Shown here: piece by piece, positions 1 to 14,224 of the stretch | Layout of the letters: each line of letters opens with the position of its first letter | How positions within the stretch are numbered: position 1 is the first letter of the stretch | Source of the DNA: Adineta vaga | Taxonomy: Eukaryota > Animalia > Rotifera | DNA: 64,000 bases | Direction: 5' to 3' | Assembly (NCBI GenBank): GCA_021613535.1 | Contig: CP075495.1 | Span: 10,292,001 to 10,356,000, forward strand | The notes under the pieces: generated by a model | Told to the model about the DNA's origin: nothing | What the model saw: only the letters and a program-made list of their open reading frames with translations | The model's database searches: none | Program-made: the position numbers and the translations under genes

Positions 1-461
1 ATACACTTCGTTCATTAACAATTACAATGAAAAAACATCCTGATTCTTATAAGTTAAATGAACCATTACGTTCAAAATTAATTGAAGAACGGAATAAACT
101 CGGTGATAAACATGGAGAAATCATTCTTTATTCTGGTCCAGTTCGTGAATTATGTCAATTAGCTCCAAATAATGTCAATACTATGGCTGTTGGTGCAACG
201 GTTGCAAGTCATTTAGGTTTTGATGGTGTTCAAGGTTGTTTAATTGCTGATGAATCATTAGACGATCGACATATTGTTGAAATTGAATTAACTGGACCAG
301 AAACAATGGTTGGTGAAAAGAAAAAATTAGGATTTCATCTTAAAACTGTTCGAACTAATCCTGCTGAATTAGGTGCAGTGACTGGTAAAGCTACACTTCT
401 TTCATTTGTTAGTAGTATTAAATGTGCAAAAGGTTATACCACTGGTATTCATGTTGTTTAA
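1..461 (+). CDS. ASPDH: Aspartate dehydrogenase domain-containing protein, C-terminal part (5' end outside window)
   Basis: Frame open from the window start (TLRSLTITMKKHPDSYKL...LYSGPVRELCQLAPNNVNTMA...LGFDGVQGCLIAD...HIVEIELTGP...RTNPAELGAVTGKAT), the recognisable metazoan ASPDH C-terminal domain; TAA at 459-461. Confidence 0.88.
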   Translation, partial: TLRSLTITMKKHPDSYKLNEPLRSKLIEERNKLGDKHGEIILYSGPVRELCQLAPNNVNTMAVGATVASHLGFDGVQGCLIADESLDDRHIVEIELTGPETMVGEKKKLGFHLKTVRTNPAELGAVTGKATLLSFVSSIKCAKGYTTGIHVV

Positions 462-546
462 CATATTTCTATTCTATTTTTTATTTATATCACGTACTTT
501 CTTAAGTAAAAGCTATATTTTAGATAACTGAAAATAAATAGCAAAA

Positions 547-1740
547 ATGTCATCGAAATCATCGAGTAGTAGTACATCATCGACGAAAAGAAAAGTACAA
601 ATCATTCAACAAACAACACCTGTATCATCTCCAATACCAGCAAAACAAATTAAAAGAGAACCAACTGTTGAAAAATTAAAGGTTCCTATCAAGCCTAATG
701 TTTATCTAATTTCTTTCTTCGATTTTAGACTCAACGTCGACATGAACTATCAGAAGATGATATTATCCGTACACGTCTTCTCTATGAAGGTGATCAAGGT
801 ATTGATGATCGACGTATATTAATGTTGATGAAGTCATTTAATAAACATATTTTTGAGCAAACAACAACTTCCGATGAAAATCATTCGATTAGTGAAAAAT
901 TACTTTCTTTACTTTATTCCATTGAACATTCTCATCGTCTGTTTAAATCGACTTATGAGATGGATGAACGTGAACAACTATGTTATGCTTCAAAAAGTAA
1001 ACGTATGAATGATCAAATTATACAATTACGTCAAGAACTTGAACGAAGTGAATTACGTTTAATTGAAGCTAAACAAAAACGTTTGCATCTCCTTGAATAT
1101 GATTCACGAACAGCAATAATTAATAAATTAGGCACACGTCGAGAATTACGTGCACAACAAGCAGCCACATTAGAAAGAAAACATTATTTTGAACATTTAC
1201 AACAAACATTCGAAGCTACGTAAGAAATATATCAGTACATTATATTAGAGTAAAAACTAGAAAGAAAAAACAAAAGTTAGATCTTTTATTTTCATCTTTG
1301 AGATCAACATGAAAGACATCGAAATAAATTATATTTTATTTTGTAGTTATCAACAACGATTGAAACAGATAGCTGTATATATGCGACCAATCTTTGAATT
1401 AGAAGAAATTTTACGACAAGATGCTCATGAAGATATTTCTGCTGATGGACCAAATGAATCACCTGTTGATCAACAAGCACCACCTTTAACACCTCTTTTA
1501 CCAACTTCGAAAACTGAACGACAACGAACAAATTCTGATTCATCAACTGCTTCTATGGACGCTGATGATGCCAATTCTATATCGCGTTCAAAAAAATCAC
1601 ATAAGAATCATTTAGGTTTGAATTCTTTGTCGAGTTCATTGACAAACAATCAACCGCAAGCATTATTTTCAACAGAAACTGAACTGTTTGGTACACAACT
1701 TGTTAACCCATTGTTATTATTATCTTCGAATATTTCTTAA
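547..1740 (+). CDS. THOC7: THO complex subunit 7, 3 exons (547-681, 729-1218, about 1347-1740)
   Basis: Removing the GT-AG intron 682-728 gives SEDDIIRTRLLYEGDQGIDDRRILMLMKSFNK, the THOC7 N-terminal signature, followed by a coiled coil with LEYD. Low-complexity extensions at both ends. Confidence 0.85.
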
Positions 1741-2071
1741 TTCTATGTGAATTTCTTTTTTTCCCTTCTTTGTTGAATAAGATTTGATGATGTTAATCTC
1801 AGATGTTTCTTTTGATTTCACAGCAAATTAGTATAATACTTTTGTTTATGTTTCTCTTTAGTTTACTTCCAAGTTTATCAACAGAAATTTGATGAGACGA
1901 GACTTTTCTTTTCACAGGAGAAATCTGAAACATTACTTCAACTTCGTTCGTGTAATTGCAGGACAGAGAAAGTTCGATGAAATAAGACTAATATAATGAT
2001 AAATGTTATAGAATAGACTTTTGATGGAAATTTCAAAATTTTTCTTTTTTGTCATTTAGATTTAAAACTGT

Positions 2072-2943
2072 ATGTGGCATTTATGTCGTTCTACATCTCG
2101 ACCATTAATTGGCGTATGTCAATTAATAAGTCGACAACGAGCACTTATTCCTATCAAATCAATAGTTCCTCAGCGACCTTTCTCTTTCCCATCATTTTTC
2201 AAAATAAAGAGAAATACACCTGAACCTATTCCACAACCAACAATTAATCCTCGACATCCACCTGATTATGTTCCACCTCGACCACCTATTGATCCACATG
2301 CGAATATACCAGTTCAATCTCAGTCTAGTATATTCGCACGGTTTCGTCATGCATATGCGAAGTATGGAAAAATTCTCTTAGTTGTACATTTCTTTTCATC
2401 ATTTGCATGGTGTGCTGGTCTCATTGTTCTTCATTTTAATGGTTTTGATCTAGGTAAGAACTCGAAATCTTTTATCTTCACTCATTTTATTTTATATGCT
2501 TACATTTTTTTCGTTTCTATACAGGAATGTATTTGATGGATGGTCTTACACGTATTCATATTATTAGTCCAGAACGACGTTTATCATTTATTCGTCATAT
2601 GAATGAATATTCAATCGCCGGAATTCTATCACGAATTCCAATTATTTCTCAAGAACGTCGGAATGATTTGAATGCTTATTGGACCGGAGAACGTGTTCGT
2701 CTACTAGCAACTGCTTTGTTACTTTACAAATTTTTAACACCAGTTCGTTATGCTTTTACATTAGGCGTTACGACGTATATTTCACGTACATTTCTTAAAC
2801 GTGGACTTCTTAAACGAGCACCACAAGGTGATTCTTTACAAGAACTTTATCGTGATCAAAAACAATTAATTAAAAGTCATGTTCGACGATCAAGAGATAA
2901 AATAAAAACAACTGCACGACGTGGACAACAAAAACTCGAATAA
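2072..2943 (+). CDS. FAM210/DUF1279-family mitochondrial membrane protein, intron 2454-2524
   Basis: Arg/Ser-rich presequence-like N-terminus, KYGKILLVVHFFSS and ALLLYKFLTPVRYAFTLGVT motifs typical of DUF1279 (FAM210A-like). The GT-AG intron joins the two ORFs in frame. Confidence 0.8.
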
Positions 2944-3230
2944 AACAAATTTATTGATTGTTATGATTATAGAATCGATGATTCTTTTTTTTGTACTTCA
3001 ACGTATATATTAATTCAGCTATGAATCAATATAAAAGCTGCAATGGTACAGCAAATGATCATAAATTATTCATAAACTTCTAGAAAACTGTTAGAGTGAA
3101 TCAGATGTATGAATATGCTTCAATTGACGTACTGTAGTATCAATTACATACTTATTATTTTAACTAGTACAACAATCATAACGGGTTTTTTTTTCTAAAG
3201 CAGACAACATGCAAAGTTAAGTATCTAAAT

Positions 3231-4316
3231 TTAACGTTGCGGCAATAGTCGTGGAGAAGTTCCTGATCTTATTTGTAGTTCTCCATGGGGATTTGGAGTT
3301 GTTTGTGGCATCACTTTTGATGAAACACTCGTTACAACCATCTGATTCTGTGGTTTGCAAAGAATTATTTGCCAAAGATTATTACAAGCAACCTTCAGTT
3401 CCTTTCGAAAAGCTATTGATGTTGCATAATAAATGTAAAATGAAACCGAAGGATTAATAAATAACAGAAATGTACTTGTAATAAAATAAATAAACGCTTC
3501 AATAATTTGTCGATCAGCACTTTTAAATGTTGAAAGTGTAACGGCTGTATAGAGAGTATTCAATGGATATGGAGTTGTTGTCAAAATATAAACGATTACT
3601 TGTGCTGTTAACATTCGATTTAATTGAAAATCACGTTGACGCATCGTATGATTTCTTTGCATAGTTGTTGTATTAATACGAAGATGAATAGAATGTAAAT
3701 TATGTAATGTATATAAACTAAATACACTCATTAAAATCGGTGGAATACAACCAGCAAATATTACGGCATAAATACCGAAAATTACAAGATATACACCAGG
3801 CATAACACAATATTTGGATCGAATTGTTGTGAACAAAGGTATATGCATAGTTCCTATAAACCAAAAGATAATTGTACCGAAACTAACTATTCGTGCTAGA
3901 CGTATGTGACTTAAATTACGAATTTTTGCTTGACGTGAAGATAAACAAGCTCGATCAATACATGCCAAGACGATTAAATAACGTGAGATCATCAATAATG
4001 TATGATAAATATAAAGACGTAATTTACAATATATTAATGATGATGAAGTAAGATTGATTTGTTCAACAGCATAAATTCCCGTTGATATAGTGAAACTTAA
4101 TGCTAGAATATTAGCAAGCGATGATAAGAATAAATAATATGAACAAGGATTTGATCGAAGTGATTTTTGAAGAAATACAAAACAATTAAGTACATTGCCA
4201 ATATTACCAAGTACGAGAAAACTCACCATTGACCATGTCATACCTTGTTGTATATTTATTAGATAAGAAACCAATGGAGAGACGGCAACATCACTGATCG
4301 GTGTAACTTCATCCAT
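3231..4316 (-). CDS. Intronless rhodopsin-like orphan GPCR
   Basis: Seven hydrophobic segments, GNIGN in TM1, CKLR before TM3, ACIDRA (DRY variant), PP in TM5, TTPY in TM6, INPSVSFY in TM7. First ATG in good context at 4316 (the ORF track starts at an upstream TTG). Confidence 0.9.
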   Translation of the reverse strand: MDEVTPISDVAVSPLVSYLINIQQGMTWSMVSFLVLGNIGNVLNCFVFLQKSLRSNPCSYYLFLSSLANILALSFTISTGIYAVEQINLTSSSLIYCKLRLYIYHTLLMISRYLIVLACIDRACLSSRQAKIRNLSHIRLARIVSFGTIIFWFIGTMHIPLFTTIRSKYCVMPGVYLVIFGIYAVIFAGCIPPILMSVFSLYTLHNLHSIHLRINTTTMQRNHTMRQRDFQLNRMLTAQVIVYILTTTPYPLNTLYTAVTLSTFKSADRQIIEAFIYFITSTFLLFINPSVSFYIYYATSIAFRKELKVACNNLWQIILCKPQNQMVVTSVSSKVMPQTTPNPHGELQIRSGTSPRLLPQR

Positions 4317-5143
4317 TTTTTCTTTTATTTTGAATAACGAACGTCTTTTATTTTTTTTTATAAAAGATGAGATTATCCTCATAATTAGGCACGGTTCATT
4401 CAATAGCTTCTCGACATATTAATCACTTGATGATAATTGGAGATAGTTAAGTTTAGACATGATGGATTTATTTCTAAACTGCAAGTATTTCTAAGTAGGT
4501 TGTAGGATAGGTGAGATTGACAAAATATTCCTGTATCAAACGAAATCTATGTCTCAATAGATATTGCATTCGAATCGAATCATTTGTGTATTTTCTCACA
4601 GATGAAAGCTCTAAGACGAATTATTGTTAATGTACGTTTGCAATACTTCTTTCAAAACTAAAATTATTTTAATTTTCTACTGTCTGAGTGCAAAGATGAC
4701 GCACAGATCAATTGACATGCTATATAGCATAATGACCAATTAATTCAAATAAAAATTGATAGTTATTGTAGGACACATCGTCCTATACTGAATAACTTTT
4801 AGTCTCTTTTTAATATTACAATGCGTGCAAATCTCATCATAGTACACACAAGTGAAATAAAATATTTAATAGTTTTGTAAACGAAAAACACATGAATTGA
4901 TTGAAAATCACTAATCTTTATTTTCTTAAATATATAAAATAACGTAGAACACATCAATTTTCGTTTTAAATCGCATCTGAATTGATCAATAATTGCCGTA
5001 AAAAAACCGTAGAGGATATTTTTGCAAAGAAACGAAATACATAAATAGAACTAAACATAAAAGAAAGAAAATATGTAATTTAAATATCGTTGAACTGTTT
5101 TTTATTCTTGTCAAATTATTTAACTGCTATGCCTTGGTTTTGT

Positions 5144-6806
5144 TCAAGTACCAGGTCGACGACAATTTTCACATGAATTCATGATAGTTTCTTCATATGG
5201 TTCAATCTGAATTGTCATTCGTGATATAGAATGTTCATGACGAAGCATTTCTTGCGCTTGATTCAATACGGACAAATAATCTCGACTAGAATCTAAAGGA
5301 AAATTTCTTCAAAATCTTTGTTATTTGTTAATATTCATTTCTATTTACCAATTGCAATATGGACGGAAAGAGCTGTTCGTTGCAATGATAATGACCATAT
5401 ATGTAAACTATGTGCATTACGTACACCAGGTAATCGAAGAAGATCTTCAACTACTTGAGAATAGTTCACATTTGATGGAACACCTATAATATCAAAATAA
5501 TATCGATAGAATCGTATATATTATGCCAATGCGACGTACCTTCCATTAGTACAAGAACAATATCACGCATAATAGTAATTGTTGTAATAAGAACCAAGCC
5601 AGAAAAGATGAAAGTACAAATAGGATCAGCAAGTCTATAATCGGGCTAAAAAGAATAGTTGAAATGTTGAACAAAAAATGTCAAATATAGAATTCTTTTG
5701 AACTATACTTTGAAATAAATCAATATTGCAGCACAAAGAACACCAACACTTTGAACAAAATCTCCAATAACATGAATAATTGCTGCTCGAACATTGATAT
5801 TTTGTGTTGATTTCTTCGATTGAATAACACGTTCCATTTGTGATCCAACAATAATATCAGCTACTAATGGTTCAGTATTAATAATTGTACTGGTACTATC
5901 AGGACTTTCGCCGTGCGAGTGTGAATGCCCATGATTATGATCGTGTGAATGACCATGATGAGGTATAGATTTACCACATACATTTGCATGTAAAGTTAGA
6001 AACATTCTGAAGAAATCAAAGAAAAATAATTTAGTTCTCTACTTGTACTCTTTCTAACATTCATACCTACACGATATTGAAAAAAACACCACATGAAGAA
6101 ACAATAATCATGTTTAATGAATTAACTTTAAAATCTCGTTTGATACAACGTTCAATAGCCATATAAACAAGAACTCCAGTAACTAACCAAATGGTTAAAA
6201 CACTGAGCAAAGCTCCAAGTACCTCTAAATAGAAAGACAAATACTAATATTAAGAATCAGTCATTTGAAGATTGTTTTATGTTTCAACCTGCTCGAATAT
6301 AACCAAATGAAAGTTTTTGTGTTGGTCGTTTTCTTGCAAGATACATTGCTGTTAATGATATTAGAAAACTTGCTACATCAACTGTCATATGTGCAGCATC
6401 AGTCATAACAGCGGTTGAATTCGAAAGAACACCTCCTATAGAAATATATATATATATATACATATGTATGGAAACAATGTTTTTCGTGTGATTCTTCTAC
6501 GAAGAACATACCAACTATTTCAATCAGCATAAAAATAATACAAATAAGAAGAACAATGATCAAACGATTTCTTGCTCCATAATCAAATTTATCATCAGGC
6601 ACATGACAATGAGTCGATGGTGAACGTGATCGATCTAGGAAACTTTCATCTTGTACTAATGATGAATTATCAGTACCAAGTAATAATGGTGTTCTATCTT
6701 CACCGTCGTCCGCCATCAACAAAAGGCTATCATCAGATGTATTCCCATCGTTACGATTATGTCTACTATGGTGTCCTCCTTGATTAATATTCGTATTTGA
6801 TGTCAT
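5144..6806 (-). CDS. Cation diffusion facilitator zinc transporter (SLC30A2/3/8-like), multi-exon
   Basis: [40 protein letters not shown], His-rich loop [51 protein letters not shown]. Stop TGA at 5144-5146. Confidence 0.93.
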
Positions 6807-7448
6807 CAAAAAAACAAAAAGAGAAACGAAAGAAAATTATAGAGAAAGAAGAAACCTTAGAAATCAATCGATCGTATCTTAAGTCAAGAGAGAGAGAGAA
6901 AACGAGATTCAATAAATATTTATTAATCATCTCATCTCATCTCATATTTTGTACAATATTCGGTCAGTGAACTTTGAAGACTAAGAAGAATATGGTGCAT
7001 TAGATTTATTCACCTTATATTCGTTTCTCATCAATCCGAATACTATTTTTTAATAGATGATGATAAAATAAAATGATATAAGAAATGCAAACAAAACGAA
7101 ATGAATCAAGGTCTATATATATATATATATATACAATACAACATCTATGTATATGTGTACTTCATAATTGGTGTAAATAGATGTCGCACAGAATTTTTGG
7201 AAATTTTTTCAATAAAAATATTATTTTCGAAAGCAATTCTATCTTTTCTTTATTTTCAAATTTATTATTATTAATTTCAATCGACTTTGAAGGTTTCACT
7301 TGTCTTTCAATGATTGGTGTCTCCTGATCCATTCATTTTGTTCAACGTTTGTCGTCGCTACCGCTTTAGATTAATAAAACCCTACCATATTAATACGTTT
7401 TAATGATCATGATTTGATTTTTGACATTCCACAATAAACAATTCGATC

Positions 7449-9321
7449 ATGTCTCGGTGTATTCATATTCTCTTCTATATATCTGTTCTTAGTTTTCTGT
7501 CAGATTTGTTCATAGTTGGTAAATATATAGCAAATCTTCTCGTGACTCTCTTCAAAACCTCACATATGATTCGTATTCTATAGGTGCTACTGCCGATGTT
7601 AATGATCATTTAGAAAAAGGAAAGAAATTATTAGCAACAGGACAATTAGCCGATGCTCTATCTCAATTTCATGCCGCGATTGGTAAGAATAATAGAATAT
7701 ATTGAATAAAACTTCGAAACAAAACACTTCTGATTTTTGTTTTTTGAAGAAGCGGATCCAAAAAATTATATAGCATATTTTCGACGAGCAGCTGTTTATT
7801 TGGGTATGGGAAAATCAAAAGCAGCACTGCCGGATTTAAGTAAAGTTATTGAACTTAAACCTGATTTTACTGCGGTAAATTGTCTTGCGAATAAATGTTT
7901 CATTTTCGTTTCATATTGAAATTCTTTTAGGCACGCATACAACGAGGAAATTTATTATTGAAACAAGGTGATTTTGATGAAGCTAAAATTGATTTCGAGA
8001 ATGTGGTATAACAATATATATATAGATTACTTTTGATTTATATAAAACAGATTTTTATTTTTTCCTTAGATCAAAACAGATTCCTCCAATAGTGAAGCAC
8101 GTAATCAATTAGATTTAACTGAAAAACTAAGTCATGCAGTTAAAGAAGCTGATAAGTCTTATGCAGAAGCGGATTATAGTAAAACAATTGAACTACTTTC
8201 AATAGTTATTGAAGTAGGAGTTTTCATTAACAGTGTACTTTTCTTTACTAAGATTTTACTTTAGAATTGTCCATGGGCTATTCGATTACGTGAATTACGT
8301 GCTGATAGTTATTTGAATTCAGGTGATTCTCTTAAAGCAGTCAATGATCTGAAAGCAACAGCTAAACTAATACCAGATAATACTCAAGCGTTTCTTAAAA
8401 TAAGTCATTTACTCTACTCAATGGGTGATGCAGATGATAGTCTAATGTAAATAATATCTTATATCTTCTTCAATTGTTTACATATCATTTTCTCTTTTAG
8501 AAATATACGTGAATGTTTGAAACTCGATGCTGATCATAAAGAATGTCATAAACATTATACAAAAGTGAAAAAATTAGCTAAACAACTTGAAACTATCCGT
8601 GATGCAATTAGTCAATCAAATTGGAATGAATGTCTTGAAAAAGCAAATCAAATTCTCAAACTTTCTTCGGATCCATCATCCCAAGCATTTGTACATCGTG
8701 CACATTCAACTTTATGTACATGTATGTCACGTGGCAAATCATCCGTAAAAGAAACGATTGATAAATGTACTGAAGTTTTGAATACATATGGTGCTGATGC
8801 AGAAATTTTAGTTAGTCGAGCAGAAGCATATATCTTAAATGAACAATATGAATCTGCTCTAGCTGATTATCAACGTGCACAAGAAATAGAAGATACGAAT
8901 CGTGTTCAAGATGGTATTAAACGTATACAAAAATTAATTAAACAATCGAAAAAACGTGATTATTATAAAATTTTAAATGTTCGAAGAACAGCGAATAAAG
9001 CAGAAATTCTACGAGCCTACAGAAAATCAGCAATTAAATGGCATCCAGATAAATATGAAGGTGAAGATAAGAAGAAAGCAGAGAAGATGTTTATTGATAT
9101 TGCTGCTGCTAAAGAAGTTTTAACTGATACTGGTTAGTTTTTGATTTCATAATTAATCTTTTTTCAACTATTTATATTTAGAAAAACGTGCAAAATTTGA
9201 TGCTGGCGAGGATCCTCTAGATGCAGAAGAACAAGCACAACAACATCATCCATTTAATGGTTTTAATCCGTTCGGTGGTGGAAATAATCAAGGTTTTACA
9301 TTTCGTTTCCATTTTAATTAA
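7449..9321 (+). CDS. DNAJC3: DnaJ homolog subfamily C member 3 (P58IPK), ER TPR + J-domain co-chaperone, multi-exon
   Basis: Signal peptide exon, HLEKGKKLLATGQLADALSQFHAAI, TPR repeats, LKLDADHKEC, J-domain RDYYKILNV...WHPDK...FIDIAAAKEVLTD, C-terminus FTFRFHFN*. Confidence 0.95.
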
Positions 9322-9744
9322 TTATTCGAGTAAATGCTTGTGTGTTTTGTGTACAGTAGTTGCCTTTTGTTGTTTGTTTTTGTTCTTATCTTCTATTTAT
9401 TTTCTCTTTTTATAATTTAAAAAAGAAAACGAAATTTCACTTGCTCTATATAGTTACTCTTCTCATTTCTCTTGATAATATTTTTCTCGTCATTGATCAA
9501 ACAAAATCGACATAACAAGAAACGAAATATTTGATCAGCTTTAGTTTTCTTCTTTCAACACTGGGAAAAAGACATTGACGAACGACAAATGCACTGTGTT
9601 TGAATAAAAATAAATAACTATACACATATAGAACGACAATATTACGAAAAAAATAACATAATCATGGAAATAAAGATAATGATCATTAGGTATCGGAATG
9701 AAGAAAAAAAAGAAGGTTCATAAGACATTGTTTTCGTCAGGAAA

Positions 9745-10594
9745 TTAATCGGACATATTTGCTCCATTTGACTAGAAAGAAAAAGAATAAATATACAATT
9801 GAATATAAACTATGTTTTATGTTGACTATACCTGAAGTATAGAAACAATCAAACCAAAGAGACCGATTGCACTAGCAAATATTTCAATGATTAGTATACG
9901 AACGAATAGAGAAGAATTCTGAGCATCAGCTAAAGCGGCACCGGAACCAACTAATCCAACACAGACACCGCAGAAAAGATTGCATAAACCAACTGTTAAA
10001 CCAGCGCCAAATAATTTATATCCTGCACGATATTTAAGAGCTAATTCTTCGGGTTTTGTAGTCATGAAACTCTAGAGAAAAGCAAACTAAGATAATCATC
10101 ACTATAATCAACACATTTTCACTTACAGTTATTGAACCTGATATAACGATACCCATAATAAGTCCATAGATAGCAACAGCTTCACACATAATAATAGATA
10201 TAAGATTTTTTGTTCGAATACGTGGTGCTTTAACACCACCACCCAAGATACTTACACCAGTTGCAAAAATACCTCTAGAATTTACAGAAAATATGTAATA
10301 AATAGATGATATATGGATGGAGATATATATATATATCTGCTTACAGAGCTGCACCGAGAACAGAGAGTGAAACTGCTAATGCAATACCAATTAATGCCCA
10401 TTGATAAGGTGAAATAGATAGAAGAAACCAACCGATATCGAAGCGAAAACCATTGTTAGTTAACATATACGTTAAACCTATATCAATGAGTTTAGATAAT
10501 ATTTTCTTAAAACTCTTTTCGAATACATACCAACATAGATGAACAAGCCTACACATGCGCCTAAAGCTCCTTTGGATAAATAAGATGTACTCAT
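9745..10594 (-). CDS. ATP6V0B: V-type ATPase 21 kDa proteolipid subunit c'', 5 coding exons
   Basis: [86 protein letters not shown]. Last exon SNGANMSD*. Confidence 0.95.
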
Positions 10595-11061
10595 TCTATT
10601 TGTCTAAAAGGAAATTTAAAAAAAATTATATACACATATATATATATATACAATAGCTACGCCTCGAACTCGAATAACTGGTAATATAACTGAGGGTAGA
10701 TCTTATCAGTCAACAGATACCTAACTAACTTCACACTTTTCATTGTGACGAACTCATTCCAATAGTTGAGAGTAGTGATCTGTCGCGTATTTGTTAATAT
10801 ACAATTACCAATTGTAGAAAAGATGATGAAAGAGGTCGTACTACTACTACTATTAAGATTGAAAGGATGCTTTCCTGCACTGATCTCAAAACTTGTTTAG
10901 ATGAGGAAGAGATAGTAGATGAAGACTTTTAGATATCTACCATTCGATATATGCATATACCCTTTGAAAAAAATATATTATATTATAGTTAGGAAATAAA
11001 AGGCATAAGAAATAGTTCGTGACCAAGCACCGGCAAAAAATAAAGTTTATAAGGCAATGTT

Positions 11062-13491
11062 TTATATATTATTCAATGACTGCGAAGAATGTGATCGAGC
11101 TTCTGCACGTAGTAGACGTTTATGTTCACGTTCATGTGTATCCAATAATGATTTACTTTCACGTAAATGTTCTTGTTCGTGTGTTAAGCGTGTATATTTA
11201 TTATCTTGTCGTGTTTGTAACTAAAAAAAATAGAAAAACAAAACAAATCATAATTGAAAATATTGTAAAAATTTATTTGACTTTATTTAATTTGGAATTT
11301 TCTTTGACAAGATTTCTTTCTAAATCTCTTTCTTGATGTTGAACTTGTGCAATAGCTTCACGAATTTTAACTGCATCTTCTTGTTTTTTACGTATTAAAT
11401 CATCTCGTAATTTTTGTACTTCTTGTTCTTTTCTGCGACGTTGAAATTCAGCTTCTTTCACACTTTTACGTAGTTCAAATTCAATTTCTTTATTCTTATT
11501 TAATGTTTTCTATAAAGTAAGAAATAAAAACCATCAATATTTCCTCTAAAATATCTTTTAAAGACTAATCTTACTGTTAAATGTCGTACACGATCTTCAT
11601 GTTGTTTTGTTTCGATATCATTATAATATATTGTTGTTCTATTTGAACTTTCTCTTTCATATCCATTACTCTTCTCAGCTTTATCACGCATATATTGATT
11701 CATTAAATGTGAACGACGTTTATCGACATCCTAGATTATGAAGACAAAAGAGTTTACTATCCAGTTTTTTTCTTTTCTATTTCGATCAATTAATAAACAA
11801 ACATTCATTTTGCTATTCAATTGATTTGTACGTCGATCTTTCTCAATCGCAGCTGCATTTGCATTCAATTGTCGTTGTTTAGTATAAATGGTTTCTAAAC
11901 GATTTCTTGTATCACCAATACGACGAAGTGCTAGAATAATTCATTCAAACAAATTTTTGTAGATGAACGTGTTCATACCTTCACGTTGTTTAAGATCAAG
12001 CATGGAATGACGACTTGCCATATCACCTGAAAGACGACGCCTTTCCAATTCATAGTTTTTCACATGTGTATTTGTTTTACTACGAAAGAAATAAAAGTTC
12101 AATGATTGATCAGTTTCAAACATTTCCTCATGTGAAAATGCAAAATAAACAAAATTATTTCGAAAATTTTACTTTAATCTTTGTTCAAACTTCTGTTCTT
12201 GTTCCAGATCGTATTTAATCATATGAGCTCGATCATGATCGACCATGCTACATAAGAAATCATATTAAAATTTAATTTCTAATATAGAAATAATACCTTA
12301 GAAAATCTTTCATTTCCGTTTTCGCTTTTTGAGCTTCTAAATTAAGTGCCAATGCTATTTCACCTAATTCTTTTTTTAATCGTGCTTGTTCTAACTAGAT
12401 AAAAATGAAAAACATCTAATATATACACATATGTAAATTATTTTAATCAATAATCAAACTTCTTTTCGATGAACTTTTTGTTCAAAATCTGTATGTAATC
12501 GATCTAAGTGAAGATGTTTTATATCAAGTTCATTGTTTTTTGTTCGATATTGTCGAGCAAGATCGTTACAAAGTAATAAATTTCGACGACCTTTATCTTT
12601 ACTTGTTTGTAATGAATCAATATTTCGATCAGTTCGTTGTCTTGTTTGCTAATGAAAGAGAGAATTGGTATTTATTTGAATTGAAATTCAAGTTTATAAG
12701 ATTTACTTTTTCTTGAGTTTTGACAAATTCTCTTTCAATTGTATCTTTTTCTTCCAGATTTTTCGATAGACTTTTTTCTGCTTTATAACGTTTCATAGTT
12801 GTATCTAAATGAAATAAGTAAAGATAATGGTATCATGAAATAGAATTTGATTTTTATACAGACCAACATCAAGTTTACGAAGTGATTGACGTAAGTTTTG
12901 TTGTTCTTTTTTAATATCACCTTCTAAACGTTTCACTTCTCGTTCGCTCTTTTTTGCTTTTATCATTTCACTCTTCAAATATATATATGTATAATTTATA
13001 TATGAATATACATGAACAAACAAACCTTAACAAGTCTCATTTCTTTTTCGAATCGTTTTGCTTGATTTTTTAGATTTGCTGAAGTTGATATAGACGAAGA
13101 CAAATCATTTCTATCAGATCCTTTGACTTTTTGTGATTTTGTTGTTATTGTTGGTAATGTTGATGGTGATGATGACGATTTACCAAGTGAAGGTAACAAA
13201 GGATTTCCTATTGTTGAGGAATCATGTTTTGCTAATTGTAAACCGTCTTGTTGACGATAAAGTGAACGAATGCGTCGAGATGAATCAACATAACCTCCTT
13301 TTGTCATATGCCGACCATGATTTCTTAACATATCATATACATTTATTTGAAATATCAAAATTTTATCTGTAAACTTACTGTAAAAATTCCGCATAATTAA
13401 CTAGATCATCATCATCATAGGTATATACACTAGTTTGAGCAATTTCTGCATATCGATCATGAATTAACGAGGGACGAGCAAATGCAGTCAT
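11062..13491 (-). CDS. Uncharacterised long coiled-coil protein (E/K/R/Q-rich), about 10 exons
   Basis: ATG at 13491 (MTAFARPSLIHDRYAEIAQ), a chain of charged helical exons separated by short GT-AG introns, ending HEREHKRLLRAEARSHSSQSLNNI*. No family recognised. Confidence 0.75.
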
Positions 13492-14224
13492 TATTAATGT
13501 ATATTATGTCAAATTTCAATCACTTTTTACTTGTTAAGTAGAGTAAACGAACAGAAATTCTTCGTCAAGTTGTCAATAACCATTTTTTTCTTCTTGTTTC
13601 CATGCCAATGTTGTTCGCTCGATCGATTATACAAACAGAAGAACATACAGATGGCATTGATTGTTACGATCTTAAAAAATAAAATCGAACATCAATCAAT
13701 CGATCAATTCATTTAGCAAGACCTTAATTATATAAATATTTTTACAATATTAATTCCTCAAAGTGTTAAAAGTTTTTTTTAATTATTAATAATGAGACTT
13801 AATCAACTGCTAATAAACTTCAAAGTACTCTTTGCCTTCGCAGCTTTGAGTCAAAGGTTGAGAGGTTGAACAGTAAGAAACATTTCATTCATGTATGAGC
13901 GAGTATTAGTTTCGAATGTAATGAGCAAATGAAGCTGTTTTTATATATCTTAGGTGATAATTCGTTTTGAAAAGAATGTAAAGATGATGGTAATTTAGCA
14001 AAATCTATGACGTTACTTAGGCTTTATTTATTCCAGGTGAATTTCCGTACGATAAAGAACAAATGACAGACTAAGACTTTGATTAAAAAAAAATATACAT
14101 TCACACTGTGAAGGCAAGATTTATAATGCGTTATCAACGAAAGAAATGTAATTATGGAGAAACATAATTTCTCCTTTAGTATTTTATTTCACAGTCACTT
14201 TTTACTTGAAACACAGCTATATCG

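Noticed and set aside
6807-7448. Search for a metal-response element (TGCRCNC) for the ZnT and ERSE/UPRE elements for DNAJC3
   Set aside because: No consensus match; only isolated ATTGG words.
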